Source: Tricharina praecox (Eukaryota). Taken from it: a stretch of DNA of 64,000 nucleotides. Made by a program: the position numbers and the translations under genes. The notes beneath the pieces were generated by a model that was given only the letters and a program-made list of their open reading frames with translations, had not been told where the DNA came from and did no database searches. The stretch covers positions 248,001 to 312,000 of the forward strand of contig NW_026250434.1 of NCBI RefSeq assembly GCF_024521635.1, in the 5' to 3' direction. Shown here in pieces: positions 13,314-26,414 of the stretch. Each line of letters begins with the position of its first letter. Within the stretch, counting starts at the first letter, position 1.

Positions 13314-16300
13314 ATGGCGCGCCCACTCGCACCGGAGATCCTACGCGTCATAACGTCCCCCTACGTAGTATCCCTCATCAACCTCGACTCTTCGCTCCAA
13401 GCCGTCGGCCCGCACGAGATCCAAGCATGGGCCGAATCGCACCCCTGCCAGACCAAAGCCCTCGCAAAGGCCACCGTCAACTCGCTCCAGTACTGTCCCT
13501 ACGGCCTACCGGTGATCGAGCGCCTCGGCGTCGTCGCGCAGCTGAAGGATGAAATGCTGGTGCAGAAACCGGTGCTGCTCGATACGCTCATCCGGAATTC
13601 GCTCCAAGACGACATGAACTTTGACAAGTTCTCGCCGGCGCTCGTGGCTCTGCTGAGTACGCCTCTGCCGGCGGCATTCCCGCCGCCCGCAAAGTTGGTG
13701 GCGTTCTTCTTGAAGTGCCTAGATAGGGCCACGAAGGCCCCGTCGATAGATACTATCCGCCCGCTCTACGTCCTCGTTGCGAACGGGTACAGACACCTGG
13801 CGCTGCAGATGTCGGACAGCCAGAGCCACAGCTTCGCAAAGCGCATGGCCGGGTTCCTGGCGGAGAAGGGAAGCGCAAATGTCAACTGGTTCCTGATGTA
13901 CTGCCTGGCCACACTTGCGCATATGCATCTCGCCTCCAGCGCTACCGAGAGGCAGTCGTGGGCCATTGGGGAGATCTTTCAGGGCAAGAAGGCGGCGACG
14001 GTGCTCGGGCTGGTCATCAATGTTGTCAATGTTCTTGCGTCGCCAGAGACAAAGGTTGACTGGCAGGAGAAGGTGCAGATCATCAAGATGGCAACGGTCG
14101 TGGCGGATGCGGTCAGTGATACGGTTAAGTCTACTGGTGCCACCAGTGCCGATGCGGCAAGTCTGAAGAGGTTGTTGGAGAAGACGAAGGCGTTGGATGA
14201 TGATCGCGTGGTATCAGAGATGTTGCAGTTCGTGTCGGCACTATCCTTGATGACTCCCCAGGCGCCCCTCAAGATGACGATTCAGGAGCTTGTGAAGAGG
14301 AACAGGAAAGAGCAAACTTCGAGCATGTTCCTTCCCACGATATCAATCGGATTCTTTGCGGTATGTCTGCCCATAAAGTTCCTCGCATCTGCCTGTCGAT
14401 CCTGATATTCCGTAGCAAGCTGCTCCCGCCGATCTCATTGAGGATATGCTACAGTCAGTTCTCAAGTGCGCCTCGAAGAGCAGCGAGTCTATAAGTTCAT
14501 TCTACCTCCTTCTCCGGGATCGTATAGAGTTCATTCAAAAGCTCAACCAGATCGTCCCCGACTCTCCAAAGTTGCGGCAAGGTGTCCTCGAGGCACTATC
14601 AATAGATGCAGTTGATACGCTTGTGGAGGGGTTTATCCGGCACGAGGTCCATGAGCCCACAGCCACCGAAGTGTGCGGTGACGGCGAGGCATGTCGGTGG
14701 GTTATCGCAGACCTCACCAACCAACTACAAAAAGCGCTCTGTTCGTTTCTCCTACGCTGTATAATGTATTCGCAGGCAGCCGGCGCTTCAACAATACCGC
14801 CGTCTAGACCGGACTCTCTGATGGAGAAGCTTTCCCGTATCTCTGGCGCCCGGCACGAGTGTCCATTCGCGAACGCCCTGAAGACTGGGACGAGTAGTAG
14901 CCGCGACTTCCTGTCACTGATCGAGGAGTCCGCGTCGCCAGAGGCCCGAATCTCGTCGCACAACTGGCGACAAAGCCTGATGGACGGATTGGCGCGGGAG
15001 ACGGGCCGCCAGCATGGGTTTATTGTGTCTGCTGTCGGTGAGATCTGCCGGGACCTCGAGAGCCGCTGCGAAACCGTCGAGGAGCCGCTGCGCGTGGAGA
15101 AAGAGACCTCGCGGCAGCTGCAGAACGAGCTGGAGGAATGGAAGGCGAAACATAGTGACGCTGAGGAACAGGTGGCGAGGAGCCTGCATGACCTTGGCCG
15201 CGCGACGGAGGAGAATGCGAAGTTGGAGGCGAAGCTCGATGGTGCTGTCTCGAAAACTAAGGAGACCATTGGCCGTATTAAGGAGCTTGAAACGGTGCTG
15301 GAGAGGCAGAGGGAGGCGGCGAGCCGTGCATTTGAAGATCTGGAGCGGACAAGTGAGCAGGCCAAGACTGTGCATCTAGAGGAGTTGAGGGATGCCGAGG
15401 ATGCCGCGGAACGCGCTGCTATGGAGAATATGGCCGCGCTCAATGAGAGGCAGGAGATGATTGATGAACTGCAAGAGCACCAGCGCGAGCTCGAGCAGGA
15501 TGTCGAGGACGCAGAGGGGGAGATACGGACCCTTAAAGAAGAGAAGGTACGCTTTGAGGAGACGGTGCAAGGCCTCAGGAAGCTGGTGTCAGAGCTTCAG
15601 CATGATGTGAACGAGAGTCGGGAACAAACTAGGAGCATGCAAGAGGATCTACATGAGAAGTCTGAACATCTCAGGAACTTGACAAAGGAGGGTAGCGCTT
15701 TGCGTGACGACAATGATCGATTGCAAGAGAATAAGACAATTTTAGCCAACAGAATCGAGGCCGTCGAGAAGGATTTATATGAAAAGCGGACGACACTGGT
15801 GCGGAAATTGCTGGATATCGAACGGCAGGATCAGGTAATCGACGAGCTGGTTTACGAGACAACGCGGCAGAAACATCACATGGCCCTCTCTCAGAAGATC
15901 CACGATGAGCTGCAGGAAAATGTCCAGAGGATTCAGCTCGAACTGGAGGCGATGAAACAAGATCACATTCAGAAATCCGCAGAGCTCCACACGGAATTGA
16001 GCACAAAATATGACCAGCAGGTATGTGTGATGACAGGCTATTTCTGTTCTGCCCGGATACTGACGGTACTCCTAGATCACCAAAATCAAAAGCGAACACA
16101 GTGATGAGCTTAGTCAGATCGGCCTCAACCACGAAACTGAAGTCGGCAGCCTCAGAGACAAACTTCTCCATCTCAAAGACGAACACCAGCAAGCAAATGA
16201 CGAGTGGAGGAAAGAATACGAGTCCCAGCAACAGGAGATCGACACCCTGAGAGAAAAACTTAACAAGTTCCGAGCTCTCTACGAAGAGCGCGAGAAAGAA

Positions 16301-16930
16301 GCGCAGAACATAGGCCGCCAACTTCTCGGCCTGATGTCCGGCACAAAGCCAGATCTTGCGGGGCTCTTTGGCGGCGGTGATAAGGCGTCGCTAGATGCGC
16401 TCGCGGATACACCCCCACCCGCGCGGAAGACGGCTGTCCCCGCGCGACGTAAGCCGAGTGATAGCGACAGTCATCATAGCGATGACAATTACAGCAAGCG
16501 GACAAAAACGACACACCACAGCCCGCCCACAGCGCACCGACGAAATTCCCGGCTCCCGAAGACACCGCACCGTAGGATTTCGGCTGCCGCCGGGTCCCAC
16601 AACCTGTTGCCTGCTACACAAGCCGACGACCTCAATGCAGTCAAGGAAACCCCCGTATCCCCCGCCGAAACGGATTACGGCACTGCACCCGTCCTCACCA
16701 GCACTCCCAACGGCCACGGGCTAGGGCTGATGAGGAGTAACGGCGGCAAGCAGCAGTACCGCTGGCAGTCTTCGGCACGCAGGAAGACGATGCCGGCTTT
16801 TAGGTCGCCGCAAAAGAAGAACCCGCAGGAGATGGTGGAGGTGGTCGATGACGATTGTGATGATTTGGATGAGGAGGAGGCCCTGCTTAGGGGCGTTGCG
16901 GAGGCGGGTTGGGATGAGACTACAATTTAG
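13314..16930 (+). CDS. Large hypothetical protein of about 1170 aa: helical N-terminal domain, long central coiled coil, S/T/P-rich basic tail
   Basis: Three long ORF segments joined in frame by introns 14361-14415 and 16021-16075. The central E/Q/K/R-rich heptad region follows ICRDLESRCETVEEPLR. Confidence 0.8.
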
Positions 16931-17383
16931 TGAGGCTGCTGGTGGATTTTAGGTTTTTGTAGATGAGGAATATCAGGTTTTGGTGTTTTGGCGGTTTAGT
17001 TTAAAGTACCCACATGTGGGATGGGAGGGAGTTTTGGGAGTTTTGGAAAGGCTTGCTTTGGTGGCAACACAGCGTTAATGTCAATCACATTCCTGTGTCA
17101 GAATTGGGGCTCCAAGGAGTATTTAGAGTACCGAAGAATCAACTTCTCTAACGTAGTGTACAAAGTACGGACTCTCGGAGAAGCTTAACCTTGGAATCCC
17201 GTGACGCCCCCGAGTGACGCTGCAAGCAAACCCGGAAACACCCAGCGCCAAGCCAAATCGCGGGTAACAACCGGCCAACGACTTTGACGTTCGTCCTATC
17301 CGTCAGCCCACTTCTCCAACATCCAACTCCGCAAACCCACCAAATCTCCACTCAACCAAACCGCACACACAACAACAACCACA

Positions 17384-17987
17384 ATGTTCGCTGCCCGCGT
17401 CCTTTCCCGCGCCGTCGCGCCCGCCCCCCGCTCGTTTATCCAGCGCCGCCTCGCTTCCTCCGGCCCCACCGGCTCAAAGGCCGACGGTAACGCCTTCATC
17501 CGCGAGCGCGAGGCTGTCAAGAAGCACGCTGGCGAGTCTGCTGGTGCGTGTCCCCCCTCCATTCCCCCGCTCCCCCACCCTCTCCGCCAGTTTCCATAGC
17601 GTGCTGACGGACCGACGCCGGAATAGAGCTCTGGCGTAAACTCTCGATCTAGTACGCCCCCACCTCCCCACCCCACCCCCGCAGGGTCGGACTGGAGTGG
17701 AGTGGACTGACACCGATACCCACAGCGCCACCGTCCCCTGCCTGATCGTCACGGCCATCAACGCGTACAACCTGTACCAGGAGCATTGGGAGCACTGGGC
17801 GCACATGCCGCCGCTCGAGGAGCGCCCCGAGTACTCGTACCAGAACCTGCGCACCAAGAACTTCTTCTGGGGCGACGGCGACAAGACCCTTTTGTGAGTG
17901 GCCCTGTGAGTGACGTAGAGGGAGGGGGCTAATTGGATATGGGGGGATAGCTGGAATGACAACGTCAACTACCACAAGACTGATTAA
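17384..17987 (+). CDS. COX13: Cytochrome c oxidase subunit VIa (Cox13)
   Basis: Mitochondrial presequence MFAARVLSR, NAFIREREAVKKHA, LWRKLSIY, EYSYQNLRTKNFFWGDGDKTLFWN. Introns 17544-17626, 17652-17725 and 17894-17950. Confidence 0.95.
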
Positions 17988-18301
17988 ACCGTCATACGCA
18001 ATCGCAGATGCAGATGCAGATGCGGACGCGGAACTGGCGGGCTGGGGTGGGATGGGGGTTGTGTATCTAGTTACTAGGCGGCAAGGCGGCAAACTGTACA
18101 ATTCGTTTCTTGAAACCGAGCCGCTATGCTGTTGCACAGGATTCAATTTGCATGGCAGATTTCATATGTCCAGTTCCATCCTACTATCTCACGCCCAGTT
18201 GTAACCATCAAACAGAACAGCCTCAACAACTCTCTACAAAAAACAAACATTCCGCACCCCACAATGTAGTCATACATCAGCCACCGCCTCCGGACAGTGC
18301 G

Positions 18302-20542
18302 TCAGATCGCCCTCATCTCAGTCGAATAAACTCGCGGCTTGTAGCCCCTCTTAGACTCCCTCTCCTCCTCGTCCCAATCCGCATCCGCACCTCTCCACGT
18401 ATGGACACTGACACTTCCCTTTCCGATGCCGCCTCCCTGGAAGCTAGTAGCAGCAAAAACGGGCGCCGACGGGTGCCAACTGACGTCTCTAACGCAGGTA
18501 TTATCTCTTTCATAACCACCCCACCATATGCGGTACGGATCGTTATGATAGCTGGGGGCGTTCGGACGCATCACCTTGGTGGCCTTATGGACATTGACTT
18601 CTCGAGCCAGCGTGGCGTCGATGTTCCAGATCTTTACTTTACCGTTGGCGGAGCCGGAGTAGACGTAGCGGGAGCCGGTGGAGACCGGCGGTGAGAAGTA
18701 GCAGCGGATCAGCGTGCGCTGCACACTGTGTCCTTCGTAGGTTACTAGGCTTTTATCGTGCGGATGGCGGCGGGGCGGGTTTGTCATGGGGTAGCTGAGG
18801 TGGTTAGTACGCCTGCTGTCGGGGGACTGGAGGAAGTCTTACCGGTCTGTACGGTAGTCGAAGCCGGTTGACAGATTCGTTCTGGGTAGTCTGGAAAACT
18901 CGCTGGGATCCATCATGTTTCTACACCGTCCAGAATCAGCGAACCAGCCTCTCCTCGTCCTGAAAACAAGCACAAACCTTAGATCCCACAGCTTCATCTG
19001 CTGGTCCTTCCCATTAGACAGGACATATCTTCCATCACCCTTACTAGCAATACTCGTAATTCCCTCCGTATGTCCCGTGAAGACACCCACGGGCCGCTTA
19101 TCAGAGATGGACCGTCGATCCCAGATCTTTACTGTGCAATCGTCCGAGCCAGAGTATATGATATGCGGCGAGCTTTCGTCGCCATAGCACACCGCATTCA
19201 CTTCGTTTGTGTGACCTCTTAGTCGCAGTACCGGACGCCCAGCAGTGATGTCATAGATATAGACGCAGTTGTCTTTGGCACCGGCTACGAGCTCGTTTCC
19301 GTCGCCGGAGAAGCGGACGGACATGATCTATATCACATGCGTCAATCGATTGCGTTTACCCTCGCATTCCCGACAGACTTACACCAGAACGTGGATGCAT
19401 CGAGTGTGGCCCCGGACCCATTGCGAATTCGAGTCGGAGTGTATCATCTCGTCCGGGAGTGGTGTCTGCCAAATATACAGCACTGGTAATGCTGCTATAT
19501 GCTAGAAACTTGTTATCCGGGGAAAGCGAGGCATCGGTCAGTGTCCAGCTACCGCCGACATAATCCACCGTCTTGTAGTACTTCCAGCCGTACGGGTCCG
19601 AAGTGTCGTACATCCGCACCCTATCGTAGCAATCAGTCTTCACACTCATATCTGAATATTCTCGGAAAGGATACCTCATATCCTGGGCACAACTGTAAAA
19701 GAAATTACCATCCGTTGAGAACTGTCCGATGTAGCAGTGATATTCATGCTCTACACGGGGTATATCAGCACCTGCAAGCCCCTTTCGCTGCACTCACAGT
19801 GGTACGGACCGACAATGAAATCCGCCTCGCTCTCGGGTAGATACGACTGCCACTCCATTAGCTCCACCCCCCAAAGAGGTGGCGAATATGCGATACTCAC
19901 CTGCACAGCGCCCTGCAGACATGTCCTGATTTGCCCAGGGGATTGGTAGTCCCCCAACTCCCGCTTGAGCAGATACTCCTGCCTGGACTTCCGTCCCGCA
20001 ACCGTACTTGGCGCCTACCACACATCAACGCCCATCCCCCGTACGACGTCGAGGCACCCACCGAACCAAAATCACTCCCGCGCATAAGCTTCTCCCCGGT
20101 CTCATTCGGCACCGGGTACCTCGGCCCAGTCATCGGCACCTCCTCGGGCTGTGGCGAAATATACGACACACCCTCGACTCCGAGGAGGATATCCGACAGT
20201 CTTCCAGTGCGTAGCGCATGGATCGCAGCCATGGCACGCTGTCGAGCCATGCGCGCGATGTCGACCTGTTGCGCTGCTGTGTGCGAATCGTAGCCGTCTT
20301 CGTCGTTTTCGTCGTCGTCCTCCTCGTCCTCGTCGTATTGTGCGTAGAAGTCACCGTCGCCTTCTTCGTCTTCGTCTAGGTTTGTTAGCTGTGAAGCTGA
20401 ACAGGCGAAGGTAGCTACTACCTGCCGCCATCAGTGCGTAAAGCGGCAGCATGGGATCTTCCTCCAGCTCCGAAACCTGTTCCTCCTCCTCCTCATGATC
20501 GGAAGCTGTGCTGGCAGCGCCGGGAGTGTTGCTGGTCGCCAT
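18302..20542 (-). CDS. WD40 protein WDR23/DCAF11-like (CRL4 substrate receptor)
   Basis: YIGQFSTDGNFFYSCAQD, GHTNEVNAVCYGDESSPHIIYSGSDD, KIWDRRS, GHSVQRTLIRCYFSP, VRDVSWHP. About 8 short introns splice it in frame. Confidence 0.88.
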
Positions 20543-20842
20543 TTAGTTCCGCTTCTTCTTCTTCCAGTAAGTAAGAGATCGGCAATCTAAGGTAAGGTCT
20601 GGTATTACCTGTCGTTCGTAGCTATGATTTCGTTGCGAGCTGTGTTTGTGTTTGTATGGTTCTCGCCAGAGCTTTTGACAGGTGCTTTGGACGGCCCCGC
20701 AAACAAGCTTAACTCCGATTGATTAGTCCGCCCGAGGGTGGGTGGGTTGACGTCAATGGGGTAACATGCACCGATCCCCAGCGCGTACTCTGCAACCCCA
20801 CCATCACCACCCACACAAAGAAGAAAAAACCAAACAGAGACA

Positions 20843-21733
20843 ATGAGAGCTTCACTCGTCCGCGCCGGCTTCCTGAAGCGAAATCTCGACCAGCTGTCCA
20901 GTGCAGCCGGCCGCGGTAACAAGCTTCCTTCTTGCTCTTCTTCTCACTCCAGCGAAGACTGACCCCAGCAGCTCTCTCCGTCGGAGGTCTCGCTGGCCCC
21001 GTCCCCGACCTCGAAATCTACAGCTTCCGCAATCCCACCACGGCGGCCAATACAAAAGTCTTCACCGATGGCGGCTTCGGTGGGTTCTCCGTCGCAAAGA
21101 TGGAGTCGGTCACTTCCTCCGGCGACTCCCCGGACGAGCCCCCGGTCTACGGCCGCTTTTCCGGCACCATCTCGATCGACCTTCCCAAGAACCGGCCAGA
21201 CATTGAGCGAAGCGGCTTCGCGGCGTGGCGGATGCCGGACCCGGGATGGACGATCCTCGGGAAGGCACTGTACAATGTGGAGCCGTATTCGTTTCTGGCC
21301 ATGAGGGTCAAGGCGGATCAGTCGAGGTACTTTGTTAATTTGCAGGTCGACTCCATGGTGCAGAGTGATCTGTTCCAGCATCGGCTGTTCGCGAAGACTC
21401 CTGGGAAATGGGAGACGCTCTATGTATGTGCCTATGACAAGGTGGGGAGGAGGAGGGGGAAGAGAGCTGACATGGAAAGATACCGTTCTCGGAGTTCGTG
21501 AAGACGCACATGGGGAAGGTCTTGAAGAGCCAAGGTCATATGCCGAAGAATAGCATGACGACCGTGGGAATGGGGCTTATAGATCGCATCCCCGGACCCT
21601 TCGAGCTATGCATAGACTGTGTATGGGTAAGTTTCTCTCATCTTCAAGTACGAAGCCTACACTCACCGTGCCATTCCAGGCCACCAACAATCGTGATTTG
21701 GATGCTCTTGAGGACGAGGATTCTGTGGAGTAA
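20843..21733 (+). CDS. CIA30: Complex I intermediate-associated protein 30 (NDUFAF1)
   Basis: Presequence-like N-terminus, DGGFGGFS, FSGTISIDLP...RSGFAAWR, DLFQHRLF, GPFELCID. Introns at about 20916-20971 (NAGNAG acceptor), 21424-21479 and 21627-21679. Confidence 0.9.
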
Positions 21734-21827
21734 ATCAAAACAAAGCAAAGCCCGCACAATCCACCAGTGTAAATACTTGTATTTTTGTATAATATGTAAA
21801 AGTCACTTCATTCTTTCGTCTGCAGCC

Positions 21828-22998
21828 TTATGGGTTCCATTTCCTGCCCGTCAACAGCTCATACGCCTCGATGTACTTCTCCCCCGTCTTCTTGGCGATG
21901 TCTTCGGGCATCTCGACACCCTCCTTACCCTTGACGCCGTTCGCCGTCAACCAGTCCCGCAAGAACTGCTTGTCGTAGCTATCCTGCCCCTTGCCGACCT
22001 CGTACGCGGAGGCGAGCCAGAAACGAGAGGAATCTTTACCGGTCAGAGGTTTTACGTGACAGAAGGGAGTTGATACGTACCGGGAGTGAGAACCTCGTCC
22101 ACGAGAACAATCTCGTCTTTCTCGTTCAGACCGAACTCGAACTTGGTGTCCGCAATGATGATGCCGCGCTCCGCGGCGTAATCCCTGGCCTGTAGAACTC
22201 CTTATTAATTCTATAAACCTCTCACCCCCTTGGACGGGTAGACAAACAGTGGTGTAAAGCTCGAGGGCCAGCTCCTCGATACGCTTAGCGTACTTCTCAC
22301 CGACTAGCTCGACCACTATCATCTCCTTAGCCTCGTCCTCCTGTGCAATCCTTCCCCGCGCGCGGACAAACCTTTGTCAGGGTGGATGTTCTCATCTACC
22401 ACACGATTAGCCATCTCTCCACTGTAGGCGCCATGCTACGGTGCTCACCATGTTCCCCCTGCTCCGCCTTAGTGCTGGGCGTAAACAGCGGCTTCTCAAA
22501 CATCTGGCTCTCCTTCATTCCCTCGGGAACCTTGATGCCGTGCACAGTGCCCTCCTTCTTGTATTCTGCCCACGCACTTCCGGTGATGTAGCCGCGGACA
22601 ATCGCCTCGACCGGGAAGATCTTGTGCTTCTTGACGACCATGCTCCGGCCGACGAGCTGGTCCTCGTACTGCTTCACTTCGGCGGGGAAGTCGGTGGTTG
22701 AGATCAGGTGGTTGGGGCATTTGTCGCCGAGGAGCTCGAACCAGAATGCGGAGAGCGCGGTGAGGAGCTTGCCCTTGTCTTTGATGCCCTGGCGATCCCA
22801 ACTATCAGCGCACGATCAAAGGTTGCGAGCGGAGGAGAGAGAGGGCACATTGCTCATGACAACATCGTACGCCGAGATACGGTCCGTGGCGACAAACAGC
22901 AACGAGGAATTATCCGGGAGCTCGTAGATGTCGCGGACTTTGCCCTTGGCGATGAGCGGGAGGGCGCCATGGAGGTCAGTAGTGGTGAGTGCGGCCAT
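21828..22998 (-). CDS. ADE1: SAICAR synthetase (phosphoribosylaminoimidazole-succinocarboxamide synthase)
   Basis: [71 protein letters not shown]. Five introns, including a 24-nt exon at 22395-22372. Confidence 0.96.
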
Positions 22999-23235
22999 TG
23001 CTACGGTTGCTTTGTGGAGTGGTGGTGGTGGATTGAGTCGAGTCAAGATGAGCGACCTGCCCCACCACCCCACCATCTCATCCCATGTCCATCCATGTCC
23101 ATGCCCATACAAACCCCCACCATCTGCCCCGCGACGCGCTCACTCGCTTGCTGCTATACATAGCTCACGTCACCGCGCGTTTCCAGTGTCCACCCGCGCT
23201 CTCACGCAGGCAGAAAACCTCAAGATCCAAACACC
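22999..23235. promoter_or_regulatory. Putative bidirectional promoter shared by ADE1 and GUK1
   Basis: 237 bp between divergent ATGs. Contains GAGTCA (TGACTC on the minus strand) at 23040-23045 and CRE-like TCACGTCA at 23165-23172. Confidence 0.55.
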
Positions 23236-23957
23236 ATGCGACCATTCGCACCACTACCTCTTCGGCTGCTCCGCAGCAGTCCTCGCAACCCCATAATCCG
23301 GCACATCACCAGCGCACCACCACCCCAAAAGCCCGTAATAGTCATTTCCGGCCCCTCAGGCTCCGGCAAATCCACGCTCCTCTCGCGGCTCTTCCGCACT
23401 CACCCGCAAGCATTCGGCTTCTCGATCTCGCACACGACGCGCGGACCCCGCCCCGGCGAGACGAACGGCCGGGAATACCACTTCACCACTCCGGCCGCGT
23501 TCGGGGAGCTGGCGGAGACCGGCGCGTTTATTGAGCATGCGACGTTCGCGGGAAAGAGCTACGGGACCAGTTATGAGGCTGTGAGTGAGGTCTTGGAAGC
23601 CGGGAGAGCTTGTGTTCTCGATATCGAAATGGAGGTATGTGTCCGACCAAGGATTGGTAGGAGGGCTTGGACTGGAGGGGGGCTGATGATGGACACCAGG
23701 GCGTGAAACAGGTCAAGTCTTCGACACTCCCGGCGAAATTCGTGTTTGTCAAGCCGCCGAGTGTGGAGGAGCTTGAAAAGCGGCTGAGAGCCAGAGGCAC
23801 CGAGACCGAGGACGCGGTGCGGAAGAGGTTAGATGCCGCGTTAACGGAGTTGGCATTCGCCGAGCAGGCAGGAGCTCATGATAAAATCGTTATAAACGAT
23901 GATGTGGATCGGGCATATGCAGATCTGGAGGAGTATATCATGACGCTTGTGAAGTAG
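23236..23957 (+). CDS. GUK1: Guanylate kinase with a putative mitochondrial presequence
   Basis: P-loop [24 protein letters not shown]...[28 protein letters not shown]. Intron 23635-23699. Confidence 0.94.
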
Positions 23958-24168
23958 ATACCATACGAGTCATCCGACTGAGGCAGTATCCATATCTTCT
24001 TCCGATTCATCCGCCTCTACCATGCCCAGCTCCTTGGTATTACTCGTCCACAAACAGTGGAAATATTGACAAACTGAATTCCAAAACCCCATAAGCAAAA
24101 ACGATAAAAATAACTCCGTTACCTAAGCAATGAATGATATGTAACACCTTCTCCGCTCTCGTTGGAAA

Positions 24169-26062
24169 TTATACAGCAGCACCCCTCCTATTTGCTTTCC
24201 ACTCCTTAACCATTCCGAAAATCCACTTCAGCGCGTTCATTATTAATGGCACTCCAACGGGTCCAAGGAGCGGCAGGTATACCGCCACCTTGTGTTCCTC
24301 GGGGAAGTAAACCTGGCCGACCATACTCTTCTCAAAGAACGCCTTCTCGGCCTGGTATGCCGCATTCCTGCCCTCTTCGAGGGCACCTCCAGGTCCTCCG
24401 AACCTACCCTTCTTGAGCTCGCGGCATGCATTGGTGAGCGACGACAGAGTGGACCCGACCGAAGTCAAGACCGAGGTGGGAATCGAGATAGACGGAAGTG
24501 CCTTAGTGAGACTGTACAGCGATCCGAGAGAAGACGAGGCCGAGGTCAAGAGTTCCGCCGAGCGCTGGCGCGTCAACGAGTCAATGCGGATCGGCAGGGA
24601 AAGTGGCCGCGATGGGGCACCCAGAAGCGAAAGGAGCTGTGCGGCGAAAATGTCCATGGCTGGCTTTAGGTCTTTCTTGCTGATGTGACCAGTGTGACTC
24701 TCCTCCGTCGGGTTGAGGACCATGACACCACCCCATTGAGGTAAGAGGAAGGCATTAGTAGCACTCTCGGGGATCGCGAGCGGTGTTTGCTCTTTGGAAG
24801 GGATGTACACGATGAAGTTGATGGTTGGGTAGCTTGTTATGCTGACCAGTGGCCATTCCGCGCTGTTGATGAAGCTACTTAGATCCTCCTTCTTGAGAAC
24901 CCACTTTCCCGGCTGCGGCTGCTGTTGCTGGTCTTCTGGCACCACCACCTCAGGATTGGTGGGCACCCATACCGGAACCACGTTCGGAGACAATGATGCA
25001 TAGAACTGAATCTGCGAGTCGACCGTAAAGTTACTGATACCACTCAAGGCATCAAGCAACGGCTGAAGGTAGTCTTCGATGGATTGCTCGACCTCCCAGC
25101 TCGTCGGACTCCCGGAAGCGGTGAACATGGAGAAAGTGAGGTGGTACGTCGGCGAGTACCGCATGATCCGACTCATCTTGCGCTGTATCTCCGCCTTGTT
25201 GATCTTATTAGACCCGTTGCTGCTGTTGTTGGAGCCCGAAGACGCAGGTGGCGGGGAAGGCGATGGCGCGGCGGCGGAGGATAGTAGGTGAGAGATCATC
25301 TGTTGCTCCTCCCTGAAGATCTCTTGTAGCGTATTGGAGATGAACAACGCAAGACTCGTGGACGACGCGGATGACGAGGGATTGTACGACGGCGAGTAGT
25401 AGAGATCGATGACTCTCGAGGAGTTATGCAACTGGTAGCTAAACATACTGTCAGTATCACAGCTCTCCGACTCGCAGAAGGAGCTTCATACGAATGAGTA
25501 GAACCGCTCGTCCCAGGTGCCAACCGGAGAATCGCAGCTACACTCTCCTCCTCGTCCTCCGGTCCCCCAGTCTCCCCCTTCCTCTCAGGCTGCAAGTCGG
25601 ATTGGATTGTCGTTGAGATTCGCTCGTCGTCTTTCCCGTAGGCCAGGCGCAGCCGTAGATGGTGAGCCGAGAAGTCATTCGCATCGTCCAGAGCGTGCTG
25701 CACCGTTTTCAAAAGGTTCTCCGGGTCCGGTAGTGTCGGCGCCTCGACATCGACAAGTAACGGGAACTCTGCTCTGCAAGCCTACTCGACACAAAATCAG
25801 CCCCCCTTCTTCCCTAAGCCCTTCCGAGTCGGCGTACCCGTCCATTGGCCCAGCTCTGCATCTCCTCCAGCGGCAGCGGCGCGCGGTATATGGAAGTTGT
25901 GAACCACCATAGCGGTAATCCGAGCAGGAGCACGACGGTCCAGAACGACAGCACCACTAGTGCACGTGTCCGCTCGTTTTCGGGGGTGTCGGGGGGTGGA
26001 GAATCGGGGGGTGGAGAATCGGGGGGTGGAGAATCCGGTGCTTTGGGTTTTGGTTCGGACAT
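24169..26062 (-). CDS. GPI17: GPI transamidase subunit PIG-S/Gpi17
   Basis: N-terminal TM LGLPLWWFTTSIYRAPLP, LSSFINSAEW, AFLLPQWGGV, AEKAFFEKSMVGQVYFPEEHKVAVYLPLLGPVGVP. Two introns. N-terminal DSPPP x3 encoded by a 15-bp repeat. Confidence 0.93.
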
Positions 26063-26414
26063 CGATATCGGTCTCGGTGGAGCTGGTGCACGCGGCGCGG
26101 CGGTTGCTGGTGATCGCAGGAGCATTGGAGCGAGTTAGGAGATGTGTCGTTTCTGAGTTTACGCAGGGATATGTGGCTTGGGTCACTGGTAGCGATAGTA
26201 ACGACACAGGTTCTCAATCGCCCGCACTTGAACGAAGAAACGACACAAATAGTACATTTATAATATGCGTACCCCCTCCGAGAACACACGAAAACTTCAG
26301 TCCTCTCCACCAGCCTTCTTCCCCTATGATCATTCACTCCCCAAGTATACATGTATCAATCAATCTGCTCATTTGCAATTCCGAGCCCATTTATTCATCC
26401 TCTCCTTCTTCAGT

